From assembly GCA_041665325.1 (NCBI GenBank), contig JBAYJB010000001.1:61824-125823 (forward strand): DNA of 64,000 nucleotides, given 5' to 3'. Below, one piece after another: positions 18,748 through 26,731 of the stretch (position 1 is the first letter of the stretch; every line of letters starts with the position of its first letter). The translations under genes were made by a program, and so were the position numbers. The notes under the pieces were generated by a model. That model did not search any database and was not told where the DNA came from. It saw nothing but the letters and a program-made list of their open reading frames with translations. Origin of the DNA: Minisyncoccota bacterium (GTDB taxonomy: Bacteria > Patescibacteriota > Minisyncoccia > Phycocordibacterales > PALSA-1337).

Positions 18748-20865
18748 TTAAGGACCGCGCCCGTTACTGCGTCGCCCACCGTTGTGAGAGGCGGGACCAT
18801 TGTTCCGGCCCGGAGCGGACCGGGATGGGCCGCCGCGGGGCTGGATGGTCGGCTGGCGAGGCGGCGAGTGTCTCGGGGTGTAGCCCCGATAACTGTTGCC
18901 GCCGTGCCGACTGTGCTGTGGGTATGAATACCCACGATGATGGCCAGGGCTGTAGCGGTAACCGTAACCGCTATTACCCCAACCATACTGCACGCCGACC
19001 GAACCGACGATCATCGGTGAGCTGGAGTAATATCCTCCAGTGTAACCGCCGTAGTAGGCCGCCGGTTGAGGTGCCTCATAGGCTTCCTCATAGACGACCT
19101 CTTGGATGACCTCCTCCGTCACTTGGGGCTCGCGGTATTGAAGCGCGACCTTGGGTTCGGGCGGGGGAGGAGTGACCTTCTGCTCGATGTTCACCGTGAC
19201 CTCCACTTTCTGCGGCTGCTGGTGATGCGGCCGGGGTTCTGGATCACACACCGGCGCGGGCGGCTTCGACTCGACGGCCTTTTGGAGGGGCAGTGAATCG
19301 TTGCCATAGACAGGCGGCGTTGCACCGGGAGGGAGCGGCGGCGGTTGCAAATGCTTCCGCTGCAATTCCTCCTGATCGATGCGCAGCCGGTTGAGGCTGT
19401 CCATGATCGCGGCTTGACCGGCCTTGAGGGCCGGATCATCGGAGGAGCTCCTCACTGTCTGCGCGGACTGGGTAGCCCGGGCGAACAGGAAGAACGCCGA
19501 CAACGCCACGACGGCCACGATGGCGAGGATGACCAGCCAGGCCGTGACATTGCTGTCGCGGCTCGACGGGGTCTTCGCCGGCTGGCTCGACGGGACTTCT
19601 GGAGAGGGCTTCGGTCCCGGCTTGTTGGCCAGCTCCGCCACCTTATTCTCGATCTCCTTGAGGCCGCCGATCATGGTCTCACCCTGTTTCTTGAGGCCGT
19701 CGACGCTGGTCTGCACATTGCCCACCCCCGTGATGACCTTGTCGGCCTTCCCGGAGAGGAGTTCGGTGCCACCAGCTACGGCTTCGCCGAGCTGGTCCAC
19801 GGACTCCTGGGTCGCCAGGATGGCGATCCGGGAGAGCACGAGATCCATCCTGCTCGGCGGCCTTGGGGCCGGGGGCGGGGTGGCGGGCTCGGTGGACGGT
19901 GCCGACGGCGGTGGCGTCGCTTTGGACGGCTGGGCCGCGGGCGGTTGCTCGACTTCGTCCCGCGGATCCGCGTGTTGGCGGACCCGGGGTTCCTGGGGCT
20001 TGATCTCGGCGACGTAATGGTCCGTCAGCACGAGCTGGTGCTCGACCGTCTCGCTGCGCTTGCCGTCGTTGCCGAGGGCAGTCGCTTTGATGGTGATCGT
20101 GCCGGTCTTGAGCAGGCCGGCCACCGGATTGAGTTTGCGCAGATGGCCGGTGATATACCGGGCACTGCCAACCTCGTGTTTATCGAGCGGGAACACCTGG
20201 TTCCCATCCTTGTCGACGCCGACGACCTCGAGGAATTTCGTGGTCACGGGATCGACGCGGATGGACAGGTTGAGGCCCCGGAGTTGGATGTCCGGCTTCT
20301 CGATCGTGATGTCCGGGCCTGAAGCCCGATCGCCACGACCCGCGTCCATGATCTCTCCGATGGTGGCCAGAGGAGCCGCCAGGGGAGCCGACGGTGTCTC
20401 CACGACCGGCACCGCCGGAACGACTTCCGCAACGGGTGCGGCCGCCGCTGTTGGGGCGACCACCGCCACAGGTGTGGCTTCGGTCGCCGGAGACAGTTCG
20501 CGCAGAACCTTGGCTTCGTCCGCGCTAAGCGCGAACTCGGCCCGGGCCGGCAGGCTGTCGCGGTATTTCTCGCCGTTGAAGGCGATGACCTCGACAACGT
20601 ATCTGCCCTCGAAGGCCTCGGCGAACGAACCCTTGAGGTTCATGAGATAGACGGCCGGGATATCCAGGCTGCCATCCTTGACCGGGAACGAGTTCTTTTC
20701 GGCTGGCCAGATCGAGACGTTAGCGATGATGTTCCGGACATTGATCCGGAATCCCCCACAATCAGGGGAGGACAAGTGGATCTTGAAGACCACTTCTCCG
20801 GTTGTTTCCCGAGAGACCATGATGGTCGGCGTCGGGAGCGCTTTCTTTTGTGATGACTTTGGCAT
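18748..20865 (-). CDS. Large Pro/Ala-rich single-TM hypothetical protein with Tyr/Gly/His/Arg-rich tail
   Basis: 705 aa ORF, internal TM (VTAWLVILAIVAVVALSAFFLF), own promoter (TTGACT-16-TATAAT at 21049..21022) and terminator (18679..18729). Confidence 0.75.
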   Translation of the reverse strand: MPKSSQKKALPTPTIMVSRETTGEVVFKIHLSSPDCGGFRINVRNIIANVSIWPAEKNSFPVKDGSLDIPAVYLMNLKGSFAEAFEGRYVVEVIAFNGEKYRDSLPARAEFALSADEAKVLRELSPATEATPVAVVAPTAAAAPVAEVVPAVPVVETPSAPLAAPLATIGEIMDAGRGDRASGPDITIEKPDIQLRGLNLSIRVDPVTTKFLEVVGVDKDGNQVFPLDKHEVGSARYITGHLRKLNPVAGLLKTGTITIKATALGNDGKRSETVEHQLVLTDHYVAEIKPQEPRVRQHADPRDEVEQPPAAQPSKATPPPSAPSTEPATPPPAPRPPSRMDLVLSRIAILATQESVDQLGEAVAGGTELLSGKADKVITGVGNVQTSVDGLKKQGETMIGGLKEIENKVAELANKPGPKPSPEVPSSQPAKTPSSRDSNVTAWLVILAIVAVVALSAFFLFARATQSAQTVRSSSDDPALKAGQAAIMDSLNRLRIDQEELQRKHLQPPPLPPGATPPVYGNDSLPLQKAVESKPPAPVCDPEPRPHHQQPQKVEVTVNIEQKVTPPPPEPKVALQYREPQVTEEVIQEVVYEEAYEAPQPAAYYGGYTGGYYSSSPMIVGSVGVQYGWGNSGYGYRYSPGHHRGYSYPQHSRHGGNSYRGYTPRHSPPRQPTIQPRGGPSRSAPGRNNGPASHNGGRRSNGRGP

Positions 20866-21075
20866 GTTGAAACCCTTTTGGGGCCTCCGGTTGTAAGCCT
20901 CTCGAACTAAGTCGATCAGCTTTGTTGATGTTTCCCCTGCGTAGCAGGGGGTTTATTGGGAGATTATGAGATTGTCAGAGACCCCGTTGCGCCATAAATA
21001 GCACAACTTTTGTATGGGCAGATTATATCATTCCATGGGCAAAAGTCAATAGTGGCCTCTATAGTTATTGCTTTG

Positions 21076-21157
21076 TGCCGGGGAGAGGACTCGAACCTCC
21101 AAGGATTGCTCCGCGTGGTCCTAAGCCACGTGCGTCTACCAATTTCGCCACCCCGGC
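21076..21157 (-). tRNA. tRNA-Leu(TAG)
   Basis: GCCGGGG acceptor, CGTGG-CTTAGGA-CCACG anticodon arm, long variable arm, GGTTCGAGTCC. Confidence 0.95.
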
Positions 21158-21187
21158 GTTGCTTTCCGATTATAACACTATCTTCTG

Positions 21188-21260
21188 TGCGCCCAGTAGG
21201 GATCGAACCTACGACCTTATCCTTAAGAGGGATCTGCTCTACCAGCTGAGCTATGGGCGC
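21188..21260 (-). tRNA. tRNA-Lys(CTT)
   Basis: GCGCCCA TAGCTCAGCTGGTAGAGC, loop CT-CTT-AA, GGTTCGATCC, TGGGCGCA. Confidence 0.95.
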
Positions 21261-21342
21261 GAGCGAGAAGCAGAGGAAAAGCTAGCTTTTCCTCTGACTT
21301 CGAGCGAAGCGCCCACGCCGAGCGTAGCGAGGCTTGGGCGCA
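21261..21342. repeat. Double-hairpin element abutting the tRNA-Lys 5' end
   Basis: Perfect palindrome CAGAGGAAAAGCTAGCTTTTCCTCTG, then GCGCCCA...TGGGCGCA hairpin; GAGCG(A/T)AGCG linkers. Confidence 0.6.
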
Positions 21343-21452
21343 CGGGAAGTTGTCAAACCACGTAAAACAAGCACTCCGCTAATGTAACAGATTTAATCAT
21401 TCCTGTCATTCCCATTCTTGCACCGGATGCGAATGTGTGTAATACTACCACC

Positions 21453-21677
21453 ATGGTAAATCGAATGCGTGCCACGCGGTCTCACCGCGACAATAGACGC
21501 TCACATCACGCTCTAGATGCGGCGCGTGTTTCGAAATGCCAGAATTGCGGCGTCGCCCACAAGAGCCATGCGGTGTGCATGAGCTGTGGATGGTACAATG
21601 GCCGCAAGGTCCTCGACCTTACCATCAAGGCTTCCGCCAAGGCCAAGAAGGCCGCGGCTGCCGCGAAGAAGGTTTAG
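21453..21677 (+). CDS. rpmF: 50S ribosomal protein L32
   Basis: RDNRRSHHAL, CxxC...HxxCxxCGxY.G. Confidence 0.95.
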   Translation: MVNRMRATRSHRDNRRSHHALDAARVSKCQNCGVAHKSHAVCMSCGWYNGRKVLDLTIKASAKAKKAAAAAKKV

Positions 21678-21792
21678 TAGTGTAGCTCCGTTGTCATCCT
21701 AGGATCGTGCATCAGGCATCGTGACTCGTCGTTATCCCTGATCTACGATTCTCACAATCTAACATCGTCAATCAATAGCTCTTTCAAACACC

Positions 21793-22695
21793 ATGGCCAA
21801 CCGCCACCTCTCCAGATCCATCGTCCTCCAATCGCTCTTCGAGTGGGATTTTTGCGGTGGCAAACTCAAGACCAAAGACATCATCAGCCGGAATAGCAAA
21901 GAATTCGCGCCCGGCCTGACGGACCTCGCCTTCGTCGAATCTCTCATCGACGGCATCATCGCCAAGAAGCCGGAGATCGACGCCATCATCGAGAAGGCCG
22001 CTCCCGATTGGCCGATAGACAAGATCTCGCCTGTAGACAGGAATGTGCTCCGCCTCGGCCTCTACGAACTGCTCTTTGCCGATCGCTCCGAGGTCCCGGC
22101 CAAGGTCGCCATCAACGAAGCCATCGAGCTAGCCAAGACTTTTGGCGGCGAGACTTCTGGCCGCTTCGTCAACGGCGTCCTCGGCGCTGTCTACAAAGAG
22201 CTCGGCGAGCCGGGCAAGGATGCCGTCTCATCCAAGAAGAAGAAAGCTCCCGAAGTGCCTTATGAGCAGATGATCGTCCAGCATCTCGGCGGGGCAGTCG
22301 TCTATGGCCGGAGCGGTCAGGAGATCTATCTGGCTTTCGTCCATGACATCTTCGGCCATTGGACGCTCTCCAAGGGTAAGATCCTCGAGGGAGTCGATCC
22401 CTCCGACGGCACTATCGCCAAGGTCAAGGAAGAGATCGGACTCACGGTCAAGATCATCGCCGACCTCGGCACCAACGAATACATCGCCAACGACCCCGAC
22501 CTCGGCAAGATCAGGAAGCAGGTACACTACTATCTCGCGGAAGCGCCGTTCGGCGACCTGACTCTGGCCAAGAAGCCTGGCCTCGACGACGCCAAATGGT
22601 TCAAGCTCGCCGACATTCTTGAGCTCAATTTCTATAACGACATCCTGCCGATCGTCACCAAGGCCGTGACGATACTCTCCGAACAGGAAAAGTAA
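21793..22695 (+). CDS. nusB: Transcription antitermination factor NusB fused to a C-terminal NUDIX-like domain
   Basis: VDRNVLRLG.YEL, P.KVAINEAIELAK.FG, FVNGVLG; then WTLSKGK...KVKEEIGL. Confidence 0.92.
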   Translation: MANRHLSRSIVLQSLFEWDFCGGKLKTKDIISRNSKEFAPGLTDLAFVESLIDGIIAKKPEIDAIIEKAAPDWPIDKISPVDRNVLRLGLYELLFADRSEVPAKVAINEAIELAKTFGGETSGRFVNGVLGAVYKELGEPGKDAVSSKKKKAPEVPYEQMIVQHLGGAVVYGRSGQEIYLAFVHDIFGHWTLSKGKILEGVDPSDGTIAKVKEEIGLTVKIIADLGTNEYIANDPDLGKIRKQVHYYLAEAPFGDLTLAKKPGLDDAKWFKLADILELNFYNDILPIVTKAVTILSEQEK

Positions 22696-22703
22696 CCGCT
22701 CCC

Positions 22704-23405
22704 ATGACTACCATCAACTTCGAATCACTAGCTGAACATATCGGCGTGTCGATGGGCGACATCTCGCTCTTGCGTACGGCCTGCACGCACCGCTCGTACT
22801 TGAATGAGAATCGAGCCGCCGGGCTCGAGCACAATGAGCGCCTGGAATTCCTGGGCGATGCCGTCCTCGAGCTGGTGGTGACTAGCTATCTTTTCCGGAA
22901 ATACCCGACCAAGGCCGAAGGGACGCTGACGGCCTATCGTTCGGTTCTGGTCAACACAGTCAGTCTCATCAAGGTGGCCGAACGCATCGGCTTGAGAGAC
23001 TTCATCCTGCTCTCCAAGGGCGAATCCAAGGACAGCGGACGCGGCCGATCCGTGATCATCGCTAACGCGGTCGAGGCCATCATCGGCGCCATCTATCTCG
23101 ACCAGGGCTACAACGGTGCGGCCAACTTCATCGCCAATCACATCCTCGAGGTCATCGATATCGACAAGATCGTCGAGAGCAAATCATGGATCGATGCCAA
23201 GAGCCGCTTCCAGGAGGCGGCGCAGGACAAGGCCGGTCTGACACCGACCTACAAGACCATGAAGGAGGACGGGCCCGACCATGACAAGCATTTCACTCTG
23301 GGTGTGTTCCTCGGTAGCGTGCAAGTCGCTTCCGGCAGCGGACCGTCCAAGCAGGAGGCCGAGCAGAAGGCGGCCGAGAAGGCGCTTGAGGTCAAGGGGT
23401 GGTGA
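22704..23405 (+). CDS. rnc: Ribonuclease III
   Basis: THRSY.NE, HNERLEFLGDAVLEL, dsRBD with GPDH.K.F. Confidence 0.97.
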   Translation: MTTINFESLAEHIGVSMGDISLLRTACTHRSYLNENRAAGLEHNERLEFLGDAVLELVVTSYLFRKYPTKAEGTLTAYRSVLVNTVSLIKVAERIGLRDFILLSKGESKDSGRGRSVIIANAVEAIIGAIYLDQGYNGAANFIANHILEVIDIDKIVESKSWIDAKSRFQEAAQDKAGLTPTYKTMKEDGPDHDKHFTLGVFLGSVQVASGSGPSKQEAEQKAAEKALEVKGW

Positions 23406-23468
23406 TGTTGGGGTATTTTTGCGCTACAATTACCTGTACATCCCGAATACTGACTGCATACCTTTCTC

Positions 23469-25733
23469 ATGTATCTGAAATCCCTGGAACTATCCGGCTT
23501 CAAATCATTCGCCAAGAAGGCGACTCTTTCTTTTACCACGCCTATCACCGGCATCGTCGGGCCGAACGGTTCCGGTAAGTCCAATGTGGCAGAGGCCTTC
23601 CGCTTCGTCTTGGGCGAGCAGTCCATCAAGTCCCTGCGCGGCAAGCGCGGCGAAGACATGATCTGGAACGGCGGCGGGGAAGGTCCGACCAGCGCTGGTC
23701 GGTCCAATCGTGCCAACGTCAAACTCGTCTTCGATAATTCACGCAAGCTCTTCGAGACTATCGACTTCAGCGAAGTAGCCGTCGAACGCATCGTGCATCG
23801 CGACAACAGCAACGAATACCTCTTGAACGGCAGTCCGGTTCGTCTCAAGGACATCGTCGAACTCCTGGCCATCGCTCACATCGGCGCCACCGGTCACCAC
23901 ATCATCTCTCAAGGCGAGGCCGACCGCATCCTCTCCGCTTCGATCCGCGAACGCCGCGAGATGATCGAGGACGCCCTCGGCCTCAAGATCTACCAGTGGA
24001 AGAAGCTCGAGAGCATCCGCAAGCTCGAGAAGACCGAAGAGAACATGAAGCAGGTGGAGTCCCTGCGCCGCGAGATCGCCCCACATATCCGCTTCCTCAA
24101 GAAGCAGGTCGAGAAGATCGAGAAAGCCGAAGCCATGCGCAAAGACCTGATCACGATGTACCAGGAATATCTGGCGGCCGAGGATCATTATGTTCATACG
24201 GAGAAGGAGCGCCTGAATACAGAATTAGCCGACCCAAGGAAAGAGCTCGGCGAATTGGACAAGGAGTTGGAGCGGGCCAAGGATATTCTGACGGCTTCCA
24301 AGAATAAGGACCAGAAGAGCGATGAGGTCATCGCTCTCGAGGGTAAACTCGTTGCGATCCGGAGCGAGCGGGATGCCATCACACGCGAACTGGGACGGCT
24401 CGAGGGCGAGATCGGCGCCAACGAGCGTGCTATCGATAAAGAGAAAGAAAAACAGAAGCGCGACGAATTCAAGACCGTCTATCTCAAGGACCTAGAAGAT
24501 GTGGTTAGCACCATTGAATCATACAAGTCGATCGAGGATATCAAGAAGCTTTTCAATGAAATTGTAAACACTCTCCGCAGTTTTATCATTAAGCATCGTG
24601 GTTTGAATGATTCAGCGCTGATCGCTGATGCAACCAAGGAGATCGAATCTCTGCAAAAGGAAAAGAATAAACATGACGAAAAGCTCAGAGGAGTTGATCA
24701 ATCGGAATCCGAGTTTATCCACAAGTATGACGAGCTCAAAAAGACCATAGAGAAGGAGAAAGACACCAACCGCGATGCGGAAAAGGATGTCTTCCGCATC
24801 ATCGCGCGCCAGAATGAGATCCGCGGCACCATCTCACAGTTGACCACCGCGCTCAATGTGGTCATCCACGACGCCGGAATCCTCGAGCGAGACATGGGCG
24901 AGGCCGGCATATTGGCGGGCAGGGAGGCCATCAACTATACGCCGGTCCCAGCTTTCACCAAGACTGCTCCGCGCGAGACCCAAGAAGAGCGTCGCAGGCA
25001 GATCGAGAAGGTCAAAGTCCGCCTCGAAGATGCCGGCGCCGGTGGCGGCGCTGAAGTGCTGAAGGAGTACAGAGAGACCGAGGAGCGTGACGCATTCTTG
25101 GGAAGGGAACTCCTCGATCTTGAGAAGGCCAGCAAAGAGCTCTCGGTCCTGATCGCCGAGCTCGATATGCGCATCGATGTGGAATTCAAGACCGGCATCC
25201 TCAAGATCAACACGGAATTCAACAAATATTTCAACTTGATGTTCGGCGGCGGCCGAGCGGAGCTCAATGTGGTCAAGGAACCGAAGCGCCGCCGCAAGAG
25301 CGACGCGGATGACTTGAGCGAAGCGCTTGCCGGCGACGCATTAGAAAATCCTGATATCGAAGCAGAGGAGGAAGGCCCGGAAGGCTTGGAGGTCAATGTC
25401 AGTTTGCCGCGCAAGAAAGTTAAAGGCCTGATGATGCTCTCCGGCGGCGAGCGCGCCCTGACCTCGATCGCGCTCCTTTTCGCTATTTCTCAAGTTAATC
25501 CTCCGCCGTTCGTCATCCTCGACGAGACCGACGCCGCCCTCGACGAGGCTAATTCCCGCAAATACGGCGATATGATCGAAAATTTGTCGAAACATTCGCA
25601 ATTGATCCTGATCACCCACAACCGCGAGACCATGTCACGGGCCGGTGTGCTCTATGGCGTGACGATGGGTTCCGATGGCGCCTCCAAGTTGCTCTCACTA
25701 GCCTTTGAAGATGCCGTGAAAGTGGCGAAATGA
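23469..25733 (+). CDS. smc: SMC-family ATPase (short, 754 aa)
   Basis: GFKSF, GPNGSGKSN, ISQG, coiled coil, LSGGE, LDETDAALDEAN, ITH. Confidence 0.9.
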   Translation: MYLKSLELSGFKSFAKKATLSFTTPITGIVGPNGSGKSNVAEAFRFVLGEQSIKSLRGKRGEDMIWNGGGEGPTSAGRSNRANVKLVFDNSRKLFETIDFSEVAVERIVHRDNSNEYLLNGSPVRLKDIVELLAIAHIGATGHHIISQGEADRILSASIRERREMIEDALGLKIYQWKKLESIRKLEKTEENMKQVESLRREIAPHIRFLKKQVEKIEKAEAMRKDLITMYQEYLAAEDHYVHTEKERLNTELADPRKELGELDKELERAKDILTASKNKDQKSDEVIALEGKLVAIRSERDAITRELGRLEGEIGANERAIDKEKEKQKRDEFKTVYLKDLEDVVSTIESYKSIEDIKKLFNEIVNTLRSFIIKHRGLNDSALIADATKEIESLQKEKNKHDEKLRGVDQSESEFIHKYDELKKTIEKEKDTNRDAEKDVFRIIARQNEIRGTISQLTTALNVVIHDAGILERDMGEAGILAGREAINYTPVPAFTKTAPRETQEERRRQIEKVKVRLEDAGAGGGAEVLKEYRETEERDAFLGRELLDLEKASKELSVLIAELDMRIDVEFKTGILKINTEFNKYFNLMFGGGRAELNVVKEPKRRRKSDADDLSEALAGDALENPDIEAEEEGPEGLEVNVSLPRKKVKGLMMLSGGERALTSIALLFAISQVNPPPFVILDETDAALDEANSRKYGDMIENLSKHSQLILITHNRETMSRAGVLYGVTMGSDGASKLLSLAFEDAVKVAK

Positions 25734-25741
25734 TCATTATT

Positions 25742-25854
25742 GGAGCAATGTGACATGACAATCTCGAGACACGGATATTTTCCTGCTGGAAAATTCCTCG
25801 TGCTCGCGCCAGTCGCGCTCGCAAGTTCTCGAGATTGTCATGTCACATTGCTCC
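25742..25854. repeat. 113-nt element family A, copy 2 (core 25770..25825)
   Basis: Core identical to copy 1; arms 25742..25769 and 25827..25854 are a perfect 28-bp inverted repeat. Confidence 0.93.
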
Positions 25855-25892
25855 CTCATTGCATTCTGCTTGGTTCAAGGTAAACTACAGGC

Positions 25893-26648
25893 ATGAATGA
25901 CCTCTCCAAACAGCAACTTTTACTCCTGGCCCTTCTGGTCTCATTCGTGACTTCGCTCATGACGGGCATCGTCACGGTCTCACTCATGGACCAGGCGCCC
26001 CGGGGCGTGACACGGACTATCACCCAGGTTATCCAGCGCACGGTATCCAATTCCGTATCGAGCGAGGGCAACTCGGCGGCCGTCTCGATTGCCGTGGATG
26101 ACCAGGTGGCTGATGCCACTGCGGAAGTGGTTTCCTCGATCGTCCGTTTGCGTGATGGAGCTACCGGCCCTGTTGTCGGTTTGGGCATGATCGTCTCCGC
26201 GAGCGGCTCGATCATGGCCGACAAGAACATCATCGACAACCTCAACTACCCTCAGGCGGTCTTTGCCGACGGCACCGCGGCCCCGATCAGTGTCGTGCGT
26301 TTCCAAGTCGATGGTGATATCGCTTTTCTCATGCCGACTACGCCTCTCAAATCCCCGGTCAAACCAGTCAGATTCGCTGATCCGGTCCGTCTGGGCGCCA
26401 CGGTCTGGTCGCTGACTGGCGCTGCCACATACACTCTTTCCCAGGGTATCGTGAATGAACTTTCGCCGATTGGTACAGCCGGACTCGCCATCGTCAATAC
26501 CACGATCGAGCTCGATCAGGTCATGTCCGGCGCGCCGCTTTTCGATGCTTCCGGCGCCGTCATCGGTATAGAGACCAAATCATCTCATGGCTCCGCCGGC
26601 GCCTCCTTCTATCCAGTCCGCGAGGCTAGGAATGCCGTGCCGAAATAA
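25893..26648 (+). CDS. Membrane-anchored trypsin-like (HtrA-like) peptidase domain protein, no PDZ
   Basis: N-terminal TM, G.GMIVS..G.I, DIAFL, SGAPLFD..G.VIGI. Confidence 0.75.
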   Translation: MNDLSKQQLLLLALLVSFVTSLMTGIVTVSLMDQAPRGVTRTITQVIQRTVSNSVSSEGNSAAVSIAVDDQVADATAEVVSSIVRLRDGATGPVVGLGMIVSASGSIMADKNIIDNLNYPQAVFADGTAAPISVVRFQVDGDIAFLMPTTPLKSPVKPVRFADPVRLGATVWSLTGAATYTLSQGIVNELSPIGTAGLAIVNTTIELDQVMSGAPLFDASGAVIGIETKSSHGSAGASFYPVREARNAVPK

Positions 26649-26731
26649 CAGACGCGAAGTGCAAGACATGCGGATTCGGAGACATAGTATTTCTTGATTT
26701 CATCACACTTTTGTAGTATTGTATAACTCCT

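Noticed and set aside
16279-20865. Prophage or integrative element downstream of tRNA-Leu/Lys
   Set aside because: No integrase, terminase, capsid or tRNA 3'-end duplication seen; genes have individual promoters and terminators.
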